A stretch of DNA of 39,839 nucleotides from Marihabitans sp. (GTDB lineage Bacteria > Actinomycetota > Actinomycetes > Actinomycetales > Dermatophilaceae). The position numbers were made by a program, and so were the translations under genes. Below the pieces are notes generated by a model. That model saw only the letters and a list, made by a program, of their open reading frames with translations. It was not told where the DNA came from and made no database searches. The stretch covers positions 1 through 39,839 of the forward strand of contig JBHWMJ010000044.1 in NCBI GenBank assembly GCA_043423105.1, written 5' to 3'. Shown here piece after piece: positions 19,578 through 28,985 of the stretch (positions are counted from its first letter, which is position 1; each line of letters starts with the position of its first letter).

Positions 19578-19760
19578 GCCTACTTCGAGACCGAGGAGGG
19601 GACGGTGTGGGACGAGCCGACGACGTACGCATCGTCGGCCGACGGTGAGGAGGCCACCTTCGCCAACACCGTGACGCACGAGTGAAACCACGGACTCGGC
19701 GAGATCGCCACCGCGCTGCTGACCCACGGCTTCGAGATCACCGGGCTCCTCAAGCACCGC
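19578..19760 (+). pseudogene. Relic of the C-terminal part of a class I SAM-dependent methyltransferase
   Basis: YFETEEGTVWDEPTTY..NTVTHE*NHGLGEIATALLTHGFEITGL resembles the YF..TY..EWNHGLGEI motif; TGA at 19683-19685 where Trp is expected; no N-terminus. Family recalled, not searched. Confidence 0.65.
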
Positions 19761-19821
19761 GATTTCGCGAAGGGGGGAGAGGTTCTGTATCGTTGAGCCT
19801 CGCTGCGCGGAAGCGCAGCGT

Positions 19822-19894
19822 GCGCCCGTAGCTCAACGGATAGAGCATCTGACTACGGATCAGAAGGTTTGGGGTTCGAATCCCTACGGGCGCG
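19822..19894 (+). tRNA. tRNA-Arg(ACG)
   Basis: GCGCCCG/CGGGCGC acceptor; TCTGA-CTACGGA-TCAGA anticodon arm; GGTTCGAATCC. Confidence 0.97.
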
Positions 19895-19913
19895 CTCTGT
19901 GTTGAGACAGAAC

Positions 19914-19957
19914 CACGAGGGCCCTCGCCGGCGGATGCGCCGACGAGGGCCCTCGTG
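19914..19957 (+). terminator. Hairpin after tRNA-Arg
   Basis: CACGAGGGCCCTCG..CGAGGGCCCTCGTG; each arm is itself palindromic. Confidence 0.7.
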
Positions 19958-19983
19958 CGTGGCGAGGTCTACGGTGAGGTGCC

Positions 19984-20292
19984 ATGAGCGAGGTCGTCGA
20001 GGTCGTCGTCACCGGGCCGCCCGACTGGGTGCGGTCCTTCGCTGATGCTGTCGTCGGCGACCGGCTCGTCGCCTGCGTCCACCAGGTCGCGATCGCCTCG
20101 ACCTATCGCTGGGAGGGCGCTGTCGAGCGCGACGACGAGCTCCGCGCCATGCTCCATACGATGGCCGGCCGCGTCGCCGAGCTCGAGGAGCGGATCGTTC
20201 GCGAGCATCCCTACGAGGTGCCGTGCATCTTCACCGTCCCGGTCGCGCCGTCCTCGGCGTACGCGCGGTGGGTCCAGGAGTCGACGGTCTGA
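19984..20292 (+). CDS. cutA: Divalent-cation tolerance protein CutA
   Basis: RLVACV, STYRWEG, HPYEVPCI, YARWV; 102 aa. Confidence 0.93.
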   Translation: MSEVVEVVVTGPPDWVRSFADAVVGDRLVACVHQVAIASTYRWEGAVERDDELRAMLHTMAGRVAELEERIVREHPYEVPCIFTVPVAPSSAYARWVQESTV

Positions 20293-20551
20293 GGCGCGCT
20301 TCGGTCCGGCAGGTTCTTGCAGGCGCCTGCAACTCTGCGGCCGTTCTCCGACGATTCCGACCGCTCGACGCGAGGAGCGTGACTACTCCCTCACACTTCG
20401 CCGCGGGGCGGCCCCAGCGGTCAGGTCAGCCCCTCAGACGTGGTTGAGTTGGGGTGCGGACGTCGTTGACCGCGGTGGCAACAGGGGCCACCCGATGGAG
20501 CTTCCGCGACCGGGCACGACCGTGCCTGGTGACCTCGAAGGGCGGAGAAGC

Positions 20552-22393
20552 GTGAGCACGACGGTGGCCGATGTGGACAAGGCGCTTGAGGCGGCTGGTC
20601 TGACGAACCAGGCAGTGGCCGAGTTCGTCAAGAAGTGGGCCGAGCACACCGGCGCGGAGCGGGTCGAGGTCGTGAGCGCGTCGGACGACGCCCGCCTCAT
20701 CCAGGAGGCGCTCGAGGCCGGCGAGCTGAAGCCGGTCGGCGAGGGCATGTACTACTCCCGCAGCTTCAGCAAGGACACGGCGCGCTCGGAGGAGCGCACG
20801 ATCGTCGCGACGAGCGACCCGAAGGACAAGGGCCAGTACAACAACTGGAAGCCCTCCTCCGAGGTCCGCCCGGTCGTCGAGGGTCACATGAAGGACGCGC
20901 TCGTCGGCAAGACGATGTACGTCATCCCCTACCTCATGGCCCCGAAGGGGTCCGACCTGGACAAGTTCGCCGCGGGCGTCGAGCTGACGGACAACCGCAA
21001 CGTCGTCATGCAGATGATCCGCATGGCCCGCGTCGGCGTCGAGTACATCAACGACATGGGCGACGACTTCGTCAAGGCCGTCCACGTCACCGGTGACCTA
21101 GAGAACCTCAAGCAGGGCACCCCCGACGACATGCGCAACTTCGTCACGGTTGCCGACGAGCGGACCATCCTCCACTTCGGCAGCTCCTACGGCGGCAACG
21201 CGCTGCTCGGCAAGATCGCCCACGGCCTGCGCCAGGGCTCCTACGACGGCTGGAAGAACGGCTTCCTCGTCGAGCAGTTCATGCTCCTGGGCATCACCGA
21301 CAAGGAGACCGGCAAGAAGTACAACATCGCCGGCGGCTTCCCCTCGGCCTCGGGCAAGACTAACCTCGCGATGACGCTGGCGCCCGACGCGCTCGGCGAC
21401 CGCTACTACGTCGAGTTCTACGGCGACGACATCGCCTGGATCTGGGTCGACGACGAGGGCGTCCTGCGTGGGTTCAACCCGGAGAACGGTGTCTTCGGTG
21501 TCGCCAAGGACACCAACGAGAAGACCAACCCCACGGCGATCGACTCGATCCAGCCGGGCTCGGGTGCCATCTTCACCAACGTCGCCTACAACGAGAAGAC
21601 CGGCGAGGTCTGGTGGGAGGGCAAGGGCCCCAAGCCCTCCGACGTCGACGGCTGGCTCGACTGGAAGGGCGAGGTCATCGCCGACCGCGCCGCCGAGAAC
21701 GCCGACGACCCGTGGGCGCACCCGAACAGCCGCTTCACCACGACGCTGGAGCAGGTCCCGAACGTCGCCAAGGACTACGACGACCCGAAGGGCGTCGAGA
21801 TCCACGGCATCATCTTCGGCGGTCGGACGCGTGACCGTGAGCCGCTCATCCGGGCGATCGACGACCTCGCCGAGGGCGTCTACGACGGCCTGACCCTCGG
21901 TGCCGAGGCGACCGCCGCCGCGGACGGCAAGGAGGGGGTGCTGCGCTACGACCCGATGTCGATGCGCCCCTTCATGAGCTACAGCGAGGCGGACTACGCC
22001 CAGCACTGGCTCAACGTCATCGGTCAGGCGAAGAACAAGCCGGTCTTCGCCCACGTCAACTGGTTCCAGCGCGGCGAGGACGGTCGCTTCCTGTGGCCGG
22101 GCTACCGCGAGAACCTTCGCCCGCTCGTGTGGCTCATGCAGTACCGCAACGGTGAGGTCACCGGCCAGAAGACCGCGGTCGGCACCATCCCCGCGCGCGA
22201 CGAGCTCCTCCTCGACGGCCTCGACGAGCAGGCGCTGAACGACCTCGACACCGTCCTGACCATCGACAAGGCGCGCTGGCAGGAGGAGATGGGCTACCGC
22301 GAGGAGCACCTCAAGCAGTTCGACGGGCTCCCTGAGGCCATCTGGGAGGCTCACCGTCGCGTGGCTGCCGACCTCGAGAAGTCCGAGGGCTGA
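20552..22393 (+). CDS. pckG: Phosphoenolpyruvate carboxykinase (GTP)
   Basis: GVELTD, FGSSYGGNALLGK, FPSASGKTNLAM, GDDIAW, NPENGVFGVA, HPNSRF, VNWFQR..FLWPGY; GTG with GGAG SD. Confidence 0.95.
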   Translation: MSTTVADVDKALEAAGLTNQAVAEFVKKWAEHTGAERVEVVSASDDARLIQEALEAGELKPVGEGMYYSRSFSKDTARSEERTIVATSDPKDKGQYNNWKPSSEVRPVVEGHMKDALVGKTMYVIPYLMAPKGSDLDKFAAGVELTDNRNVVMQMIRMARVGVEYINDMGDDFVKAVHVTGDLENLKQGTPDDMRNFVTVADERTILHFGSSYGGNALLGKIAHGLRQGSYDGWKNGFLVEQFMLLGITDKETGKKYNIAGGFPSASGKTNLAMTLAPDALGDRYYVEFYGDDIAWIWVDDEGVLRGFNPENGVFGVAKDTNEKTNPTAIDSIQPGSGAIFTNVAYNEKTGEVWWEGKGPKPSDVDGWLDWKGEVIADRAAENADDPWAHPNSRFTTTLEQVPNVAKDYDDPKGVEIHGIIFGGRTRDREPLIRAIDDLAEGVYDGLTLGAEATAAADGKEGVLRYDPMSMRPFMSYSEADYAQHWLNVIGQAKNKPVFAHVNWFQRGEDGRFLWPGYRENLRPLVWLMQYRNGEVTGQKTAVGTIPARDELLLDGLDEQALNDLDTVLTIDKARWQEEMGYREEHLKQFDGLPEAIWEAHRRVAADLEKSEG

Positions 22394-22396
22394 GCC

Positions 22397-22486
22397 TGCG
22401 AAGGGGGTGAGCCGCCCCTCACCCCCTTCGCACCCGGCACCGACGAAGGGCGCCCACCGAGATCACTCGATGGGCGCCCTTCGTCG
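22397..22486. terminator. Tandem hairpins between pckG and the convergent small ORF
   Basis: TGCGAAGGGGGTGAG/CTCACCCCCTTCGCA (22397-22432) and CGACGAAGGGCGCCCA/TGGGCGCCCTTCGTCG (22441-22486). Confidence 0.75.
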
Positions 22487-22503
22487 TGCTCGGGAGGGGC
22501 GTG

Positions 22504-22722
22504 TCAGCGCGGCGGCTCGTCGGTCTCCAGCGGCTCGAGCCCCTGCGCCTGGCGGGCGGCGTTGACCCGAGCCGTGCGCTCGGCCCGCAGCCGGAAGCGG
22601 GGGTCGCGCATGCCGCCCTGGTCCGCCGGGCCCATGAAGGTCAGCAGGATGTACTGGAGCCGCCAGAAGAAGCGGTAGCCCAGCGAGAGACCGGTGTTGT
22701 CCTTGGGGATCGTCTTCGCCAC
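22504..22722 (-). CDS. Small hypothetical protein (72 aa), probably leaderless
   Basis: Fills the gap; TAACGT 6 nt upstream of GTG; amphipathic YRFFWRLQYILLTFMGPA segment; terminators downstream. Confidence 0.7.
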   Translation of the reverse strand: MAKTIPKDNTGLSLGYRFFWRLQYILLTFMGPADQGGMRDPRFRLRAERTARVNAARQAQGLEPLETDEPPR

Positions 22723-22831
22723 CCTTCCACGTTAGTCCGCCCGGTGAACGGCTCGGAGGGCGGGTCCGGGCTGGCGAACGGTGTGCGGCAGGTCACGGTT
22801 ACCGATCCGTTTACCGATACGACGGGTAGCG

Positions 22832-22846
22832 GGTACTGTCCGTACC
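22832..22846. promoter_or_regulatory. Palindrome GGTAC-N5-GTACC over a putative -10 (TACTGT) of the acyl-CoA dehydrogenase pair
   Basis: Read directly; direct repeats TTACCGAT at 22799 and 22811 lie just upstream. Confidence 0.45.
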
Positions 22847-22921
22847 GACAACCCGGCGTCGGCCTGCGCCGTGGCCGGACTCAGCTCACTGACGAGCGTG
22901 ACGCGAGAAGGGTTCACCCGG

Positions 22922-24250
22922 ATGGCTTCCTCCGACTCCACGTCGCTGGCCGACGAAGGCCAGCGTCTCGGGCTCCGACTCATCGCCAAGGCCGGCGGGC
23001 TGCCGGGCCTGAAGGCCCCCTCGGTCCGGGCGAAGGTCGAGCGCTACCTCTACAAGGGCGCCGTGACCGGCTTCAAGGCGCAGACCGCCGCCGGGCGTGC
23101 CTTCAAGAAGACGAAGGGGGCAGGCGACCCGACCCGGGCGGCGACGGCGAAGCCGAAGCAGCAGTTCGACCTCACGCCCACCGAGGACCAGCAGATGATC
23201 CAGGGCGTCGCGCGCGAGCTCGCCGACGAGCTCATCCGCCCCGCCGGGGCGAAGGCTGACGCCGAGCGGGCCGTGCCGGACGAGGTGCTGTCAGCAGCCG
23301 CCGAGATGGGCCTGCACCTCGTCGGCGTCCCGGCCGAGCTCGAGGGCATCGCCGAGGAGCGCTCCGCCGTCACCTCTGCCCTCGTGCTCGAGGAGCTCGC
23401 CCGCGGCGACCTGGGCATCGCCACGGCGATCATGGCCCCGGCCGCGGTCGCCACGGCCATCGCCAGGTACGGTGACGCCGACCAGCAGGCGACCTACCTG
23501 CCCGAGTTCACCGGCGACAACCCGCCGCGCGCGGCGGCAGTCGCGCTCATGGAGGCGCAGCCGCTCTTCGACCCGCTCGCACCACGGACCACCGCCCGTC
23601 GCGAGGGCGACGCGATCGTCCTCGACGGGGTCAAGGCGATCGTCCCTGGCGCCGAGAGCGCCGAGCTCTTCGTCGTCAGCGCGGTGCTCGACGGCGAGCC
23701 CCGGCTCGTCATCGTCGAGTCCGGCGTCGACGGACTGCAGGTCGAGGACGACCCGGCGATGGGCATCCGGGCGAGCAAGACCGCCCGCCTCCACCTCGAA
23801 GGGGTCCGCGTCCCAGCCGCCAACCTCCTCGGCACCACCGAGGACCACCTCGACGCGGTGCGGCGCGCGCGCCTCGCGTGGTCGGCGGCAGCCGTCGGGG
23901 TCGGGCAGGCAGTGCTCGACCACGTCTCGCAGTACGTCACCGAGCGCAAGGCCTTCGGCGAGCCGATCGGGTACCGCCAGGCCGTCGCCTTCACCGTCGC
24001 GGACATGGCGATCGAGGTCGCCGGGCTTCGGCTCGTCGTGTGGAAGGCCGCCGCCCGCCTCGACCGTGGCGAGGACGCCTCGGCCGAGATCGCCCAGGCC
24101 CGATCGCTGACGAGCCAGTACCTCACCCAGGTGGGCAGCAACGGCGTGCAGATGCTCGGCGGGCACGGCTTCGTCAAGGAGTTCGACAACGAGCGCTGGT
24201 ACCGCGACCTCCGCGGCGCCGGCCTCATCGAGGGCACCCTGCTCGTCTGA
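22922..24250 (+). CDS. Acyl-CoA dehydrogenase, FadE24-like
   Basis: FDLTPTEDQQM, EELARGDLG, ALMEAQPLFDP, ERKAFGEPI..RQAVAF, VQMLGGHGFVKE..ERWYRDLR. Confidence 0.9.
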   Translation: MASSDSTSLADEGQRLGLRLIAKAGGLPGLKAPSVRAKVERYLYKGAVTGFKAQTAAGRAFKKTKGAGDPTRAATAKPKQQFDLTPTEDQQMIQGVARELADELIRPAGAKADAERAVPDEVLSAAAEMGLHLVGVPAELEGIAEERSAVTSALVLEELARGDLGIATAIMAPAAVATAIARYGDADQQATYLPEFTGDNPPRAAAVALMEAQPLFDPLAPRTTARREGDAIVLDGVKAIVPGAESAELFVVSAVLDGEPRLVIVESGVDGLQVEDDPAMGIRASKTARLHLEGVRVPAANLLGTTEDHLDAVRRARLAWSAAAVGVGQAVLDHVSQYVTERKAFGEPIGYRQAVAFTVADMAIEVAGLRLVVWKAAARLDRGEDASAEIAQARSLTSQYLTQVGSNGVQMLGGHGFVKEFDNERWYRDLRGAGLIEGTLLV

Positions 24251-24278
24251 GCGCACGACACGACAAGGACGTGAATCA

Positions 24279-25541
24279 ATGATCGATCTTGAGGTTCCGA
24301 AGAAGTTCCGTCCGCTCGTCGCGCAGGCTCGTGGCATGGCCGAGGAGGTCTTCTGGCCGATCTCGCGCAAGTACGACCGTGCCGAGCACGAGTACCCCGC
24401 TGAGCTCGACCTCGTCTCGGCCGTCATCGACGGTCTGAGCGACTCCGGCGCCGGTCAGGGAGCCGGGGCGTCGTCCTCGACCCGCGCCAAGGACGACGGC
24501 GCGGAGGAGGGCGACGTCGCCGCCGTCGGCTCCGGCCGCAAGGCCAAGGACAAGGGGGCCAACCGCAACGGCTCCAACCTCTCCTCCGTCCTGTCCATCC
24601 TCGAGACCTGCCGGGGTGACGTGGGCCTGACCCTCTCGATCCCGCGCCAGGGTCTCGGCAACGCGGCCATCGCTGCCGTCGCCAACGACGAGCAGAAGGC
24701 GCGCTACGCAGGCAAGTGGGCGGCCATGGCGATCACCGAGCCCGACGTCGGCTCGGACTCGGGCGCCATCCGGACGACCGCGACGAAGGACGGCGACGAG
24801 TACGTCCTCAACGGAGAGAAGATCTTCGTCACCGCCGGTGAGCGGGCCGAGCTCGTCGTCGTGTGGGCCACGCTCGACCGCAGCCTGGGCAAGCAGGCGA
24901 TCAAGTCCTTCGTCGTCCGTCGCGACAACCCGGGCATGAAGCTCGTGCGGCTGGAGCACAAGCTCGGCATCCGGGCCAGTGACACCGCCGCCTTCTCCCT
25001 CGAGGGCTGCCGGGTCCCGGCCGAGGACCTCCTCGGCGACCCGGAGATCACGATCGAGGGCGGCTTCGGCGGCGCCATGCAGACCTTCGACAACACCCGC
25101 CCGCTCGTCGCGGCGATGGCCCTCGGCCTGACCCGGGCCAGCCTGGACAAGACGACCGACCTGCTGGCCGAGGCAGGCATCGTCGCCGACCCGGACCGGC
25201 CAGCGCACACCCAGCCGGCGGCCGCCGCCAAGCTGCTCCAGATGGAGGCCGACTACCAGGCCGCCTACCTCCTCGCCCTTCGCGCGGCGTGGATGGCGGA
25301 CAACGGCAAGCCGAACTCCATGGAGGCGTCCATGGCCAAGGCGAAGGCGGGGCGCACCTGCGTCAACGTGGCCCTCGCCTGCGTCGAGCTCGCCGGCGCC
25401 ACCGGCTACGCGGAGACCGAGCTGCTCGAGAAGTGGGCCCGTGACTCCAAGATCCTCGACATCTTCGAGGGCACGCAGCAGATCCAGCTGCTCGTCATCG
25501 CCCGCCGGGTGCTCGGCTACTCGAGCAAGGAGCTCAAGTAG
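24279..25541 (+). CDS. Acyl-CoA dehydrogenase, FadE23-like
   Basis: AMAITEPDVGSD, LNGEKIFVT, KLGIRASDT, EKWARDSKILDIFEGTQQIQ. Confidence 0.92.
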   Translation: MIDLEVPKKFRPLVAQARGMAEEVFWPISRKYDRAEHEYPAELDLVSAVIDGLSDSGAGQGAGASSSTRAKDDGAEEGDVAAVGSGRKAKDKGANRNGSNLSSVLSILETCRGDVGLTLSIPRQGLGNAAIAAVANDEQKARYAGKWAAMAITEPDVGSDSGAIRTTATKDGDEYVLNGEKIFVTAGERAELVVVWATLDRSLGKQAIKSFVVRRDNPGMKLVRLEHKLGIRASDTAAFSLEGCRVPAEDLLGDPEITIEGGFGGAMQTFDNTRPLVAAMALGLTRASLDKTTDLLAEAGIVADPDRPAHTQPAAAAKLLQMEADYQAAYLLALRAAWMADNGKPNSMEASMAKAKAGRTCVNVALACVELAGATGYAETELLEKWARDSKILDIFEGTQQIQLLVIARRVLGYSSKELK

Positions 25542-25553
25542 CTCAGCACCGGC

Positions 25554-25606
25554 CACGACGAAGGGGTGGGCGCGCCGGTGACGGTGGGGCCTACCCCTTC
25601 GCCGTG
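25554..25606 (+). terminator. Hairpin after the acyl-CoA dehydrogenase pair
   Basis: CACGACGAAGGGGTGGGC / GCCTACCCCTTCGCCGTG. Confidence 0.6.
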
Positions 25607-25701
25607 CCGGAGCGACCGAGGTGACGGAAAAGGTCTCGCTTGCGCAACAGAGGGCCGGTCACGGTGCCGGGGTGACGCCCGTCACCGTTAGGTTCCCTGA
25701 C

Positions 25702-26442
25702 ATGGCTGAGCCCCTCGTCGTCCTCGAAGGCGTGAACAAGCACTTCGGGGACCTGCACGTCCTCAAGGACATCAACCTCACCGTCGGTCGCGGCGAGGTC
25801 GTCGTCGTCATCGGGCCGTCGGGCTCTGGCAAGTCGACGCTCTGCCGCACGATCAACCGGCTCGAGACCTTCGAGTCGGGCTCGATCACGATCGACGGCG
25901 AGCCGCTGCCGCAGGAGGGCAAGGCCCTCGCCCGGCTCCGGGCCGACGTCGGCATGGTCTTCCAGTCGTTCAACCTCTTCGCCCACAAGACGATCCTCGA
26001 GAACGTCACGCTCGGCCCGATGAAGGTCCGCGGCAAGAAGAAGGCCGAGGCCCAGGCCAGTGCCCAGGAGCTGCTCGAGCGGGTCGGCGTCGCGCACCAG
26101 GCGGCGAAGTACCCCGCGCAGCTCTCGGGGGGTCAGCAGCAGCGAGTCGCCATCGCACGGTCGCTCGCGATGGAACCCAAGGTCATGCTCTTCGACGAGC
26201 CGACCTCCGCGCTGGACCCCGAGATGATCAACGAGGTCCTCGACGTCATGGTCGGGCTGGCGAAGTCGGGCATGACGATGATCGTCGTCACCCACGAGAT
26301 GGGCTTCGCCCGCAAGGCCGCCGACCGCGTGATCTTCATGGACGACGGCGAGATCGTCGAGCAGGCCGAGCCGGAGGACTTCTTCACCAACCCGCAGAGC
26401 GACCGGGCCAAGGACTTCCTCGGCAAGATCCTCACCCACTGA
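25702..26442 (+). CDS. gluA: Glutamate ABC transporter ATP-binding protein
   Basis: [48 protein letters not shown] 7 nt upstream of ATG. Confidence 0.92.
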   Translation: MAEPLVVLEGVNKHFGDLHVLKDINLTVGRGEVVVVIGPSGSGKSTLCRTINRLETFESGSITIDGEPLPQEGKALARLRADVGMVFQSFNLFAHKTILENVTLGPMKVRGKKKAEAQASAQELLERVGVAHQAAKYPAQLSGGQQQRVAIARSLAMEPKVMLFDEPTSALDPEMINEVLDVMVGLAKSGMTMIVVTHEMGFARKAADRVIFMDDGEIVEQAEPEDFFTNPQSDRAKDFLGKILTH

Positions 26443-26501
26443 TCCCTGAGATCCAGAGATCCCCACATGACCACCCCGGTGGTCCGATCAAGGAGAAACA
26501 G

Positions 26502-27341
26502 ATGAAGCAGCGACGACTCCTCGCCCTCGGCTCCGCCGCGGTGCTCGCCCTCGGCCTCTCGGCCTGCGGCGACGACGGCGGCGACACCGGCTCCGGGTCC
26601 GACGGCGGAGGGGGTGGCGGCGAGACCGTGAAGGTCGGCATCAAGTTCGACCAGCCCGGCCTGGGCTTCCAGGAGGGCGGCGACTACTCCGGCTTCGACG
26701 TCGACGTCGCGAACTACGTCGCCAAGGAGCTCGGCAAGACCCCCGAGTTCGTCCAGTCGCCCAGCCCCCAGCGCGAGACCCTCATCGAGACCGGCCAGGT
26801 CGACATGATCTTCGCGACCTACTCGATCACCGACGAGCGCAAGGAGAAGGTCTCCTTCGCCGGGCCGTACTTCATCGCCGGTCAGGACCTCCTCGTCGCC
26901 TCCGACTCCGACATCAGTGGTGTCGACGACCTCGACGGCAAGCGCCTGTGCTCGGTCTCCGGCTCCACCTCGGCGAAGAACGTGCAGGAGGAGGTGCCCG
27001 GCGTCCAGCTCCGCGAGTTCGACACCTACTCCGAGTGCCTCGACGGGCTCGTCAACGGGCAGCTCGACGCGCTCACCACCGACAACACGATCCTCGCCGG
27101 CTATGCCGCGCAGGACCAGTACAAGGGCAAGCTCAAGGTCGTCGGCAACACCTTTTCCGAGGAGCGCTACGGCGTCGGCATCAAGAAGGGCGACACCGCG
27201 CTCTGCGAGGACATCAATGCCGCGCTGAAGAAGATGGTCGACGACGGGTCGTGGCAGAAGGCCGTCGACGACAACTTCGGCCCGGCCGGCTTCGAGGTCG
27301 ACACCGAGGTCAACCCGCCCGAGGCGGACGCCTGCTCCTGA
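26502..27341 (+). CDS. gluB: Glutamate ABC transporter substrate-binding lipoprotein
   Basis: LSAC lipobox; GIKFDQPGLG, GFDVDVA, ATYSITDERK, TTDNTILAG. Confidence 0.92.
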   Translation: MKQRRLLALGSAAVLALGLSACGDDGGDTGSGSDGGGGGGETVKVGIKFDQPGLGFQEGGDYSGFDVDVANYVAKELGKTPEFVQSPSPQRETLIETGQVDMIFATYSITDERKEKVSFAGPYFIAGQDLLVASDSDISGVDDLDGKRLCSVSGSTSAKNVQEEVPGVQLREFDTYSECLDGLVNGQLDALTTDNTILAGYAAQDQYKGKLKVVGNTFSEERYGVGIKKGDTALCEDINAALKKMVDDGSWQKAVDDNFGPAGFEVDTEVNPPEADACS

Positions 27342-27429
27342 CCGACCTGTTCTGACCGTCTCGTGACGGGTGGGGGCGGCCTCGTGCCGCCCCCACCCCA
27401 CGACACCTGACCGAGAGGGGAGGGCCGAC

Positions 27430-28110
27430 GTGGGAGAGCTCTTCGCGGAGTTCGACGTCTGGGGTGCCTTCTGGCTGACCATCAAGCTGTCCGTGTGGTC
27501 GGCGGTGTGGGCGCTGCTCCTCGGCACCGTGCTCGCGATCATGCGGGTCGGGCCGGTGCGGATCCTCAACGTCGTCGGTGCCGCATACGTCAACATCGTC
27601 CGCAACACCCCGTTGACGCTCGTCGTCCTCTTCTCGCTCACGGTCCTCGGGACCCGGCTCGGCATCCAGATCGCCAACGACGAGAGCCCGACCTTCCTCG
27701 TCGACGAGGCGGTGCGCTGGGCGATCTTCGCGCTCTCCGTCTACCACGCGGCCTTCGTTTGCGAGGCGCTGCGCTCGGGCGTCAACACCGTCCCGGTCGG
27801 TCAGGCCGAGGCTGCCCGCTCGATCGGTCTCGGCTTCGGTCAGTCGCTGCGGCACGTCGTGCTGCCGCAGGCCTTCCGGGGGGCGGTCGCGCCCCTGGCG
27901 TCGGTGCTTATCGCGCTCATCAAGAACACCACGGTCGCCTCGATCATCGGCGTCGCCCAGACGTCGTACTTCATGGTCGAGGCCATCGAGTTCCGACCCG
28001 ACCTCATCTGGCAGCTCTTCGCCCTCATCGCCGGCTTCTTCCTGCTGCTCACGCTGCCGATCGGTGTCGGCCTGACCTCGCTCTCCCGGAAGGTGGCGGT
28101 CAAGCGATGA
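27430..28110 (+). CDS. gluC: Glutamate ABC transporter permease
   Basis: YVNIVRNTPL, EALRSGVNTVPVGQAEAARSIG, LIALIKNTT. Confidence 0.92.
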   Translation: MGELFAEFDVWGAFWLTIKLSVWSAVWALLLGTVLAIMRVGPVRILNVVGAAYVNIVRNTPLTLVVLFSLTVLGTRLGIQIANDESPTFLVDEAVRWAIFALSVYHAAFVCEALRSGVNTVPVGQAEAARSIGLGFGQSLRHVVLPQAFRGAVAPLASVLIALIKNTTVASIIGVAQTSYFMVEAIEFRPDLIWQLFALIAGFFLLLTLPIGVGLTSLSRKVAVKR

Positions 28111-28976
28111 GCGCCTCGGTCCTCTTCGACGCCCCCGGCCCGAAGGCTCGGCGTCGTCACCTGCTCATCACCCTCCTCGCTGCCCTCGTGCTGCTGGGTC
28201 TCGTCGCGGTCGCGCTCGTGCGGCTCGAGGCCCGCGGTGAGCTCGAGCCGGCGAAGTGGAAGGCGATGTTCACCCAGAGCGCGTGGCAGTACTACTTCGT
28301 GCCCGGCATCGTCAGCACGCTCAAGGCGGCCGGTCTGGCCATCGGCCTGTCGATGGTCTTCGGTCTCGTCTTCGGGATGGGGCGGCTCTCGCAGAACACG
28401 GTCATCCGGTGGGTCTCCGGCGCTGTTGTGGAGTTCTTCCGCGGCATCCCGGTGCTCATCATGATGATCGCCTTCTTCTACTTCCTCGCCTTCCGCGGGA
28501 TCTTCGCCCCGGACACCAACCCCTTCGTCGCCGTCGTCGCCGCGCTGACCCTCTACAACGGTGCCGTCGTCGCAGAGCTCGTCCGCTCGGGTGTCGGCTC
28601 GCTGCCGAAGGGGCAGGGCGAGGCCGGCCTGTCGATCGGCCTGACACCCGGCCAGACGATGCGCTCGATCCAGCTTCCGCAGGCGATCACGGCGATGCTG
28701 CCGGCGCTCGTCAGCCAGCTCGTCGTCATCCTCAAGGACAGCGCGCTCGGCGCGATCATCACCTATCCCGAGCTGCTGCGATCGGCGCGCAACCTCGCCG
28801 CCGGAGGCAACACCCTGCAGCCGCTCGTCATGGCGGCGCTGCTCTTCATCATCATCAACTTCACCCTGACGACCCTCGCGGGCTACCTCGAGCGACGGAT
28901 CAACAAGCGCGGCCACACCTCGGTGAGGGCGGACAAAGATGCGGGACGTCCGGGGGACCAAGTCGGCGGGCCGTGA
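28107..28976 (+). CDS. gluD: Glutamate ABC transporter permease
   Basis: MSASVLFDAPGPKARRR, VEFFRGIP, LPKGQGEA, SQLVVILKDSALG; ATGA overlap. Confidence 0.92.
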   Translation: MSASVLFDAPGPKARRRHLLITLLAALVLLGLVAVALVRLEARGELEPAKWKAMFTQSAWQYYFVPGIVSTLKAAGLAIGLSMVFGLVFGMGRLSQNTVIRWVSGAVVEFFRGIPVLIMMIAFFYFLAFRGIFAPDTNPFVAVVAALTLYNGAVVAELVRSGVGSLPKGQGEAGLSIGLTPGQTMRSIQLPQAITAMLPALVSQLVVILKDSALGAIITYPELLRSARNLAAGGNTLQPLVMAALLFIIINFTLTTLAGYLERRINKRGHTSVRADKDAGRPGDQVGGP

Positions 28977-28985
28977 CCCGCTGAC

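Noticed and set aside
19896..19910. TCTGTGTTGAGACAG after tRNA-Arg as an IS end
   Set aside because: Too short, with no partner end and no transposase; cannot be supported.
11462..19957. tRNA-anchored genomic island or prophage
   Set aside because: No integrase and no duplicated tRNA 3' end seen; the flanking genes are housekeeping with uniform composition.
20045..20551. N-terminal extensions in the ORF track for pckG (also alaA to 37785, modC to 15862, aroQ from 11476)
   Set aside because: They overlap other genes or tRNAs; family similarity and SD or leaderless signals begin at the downstream starts given.
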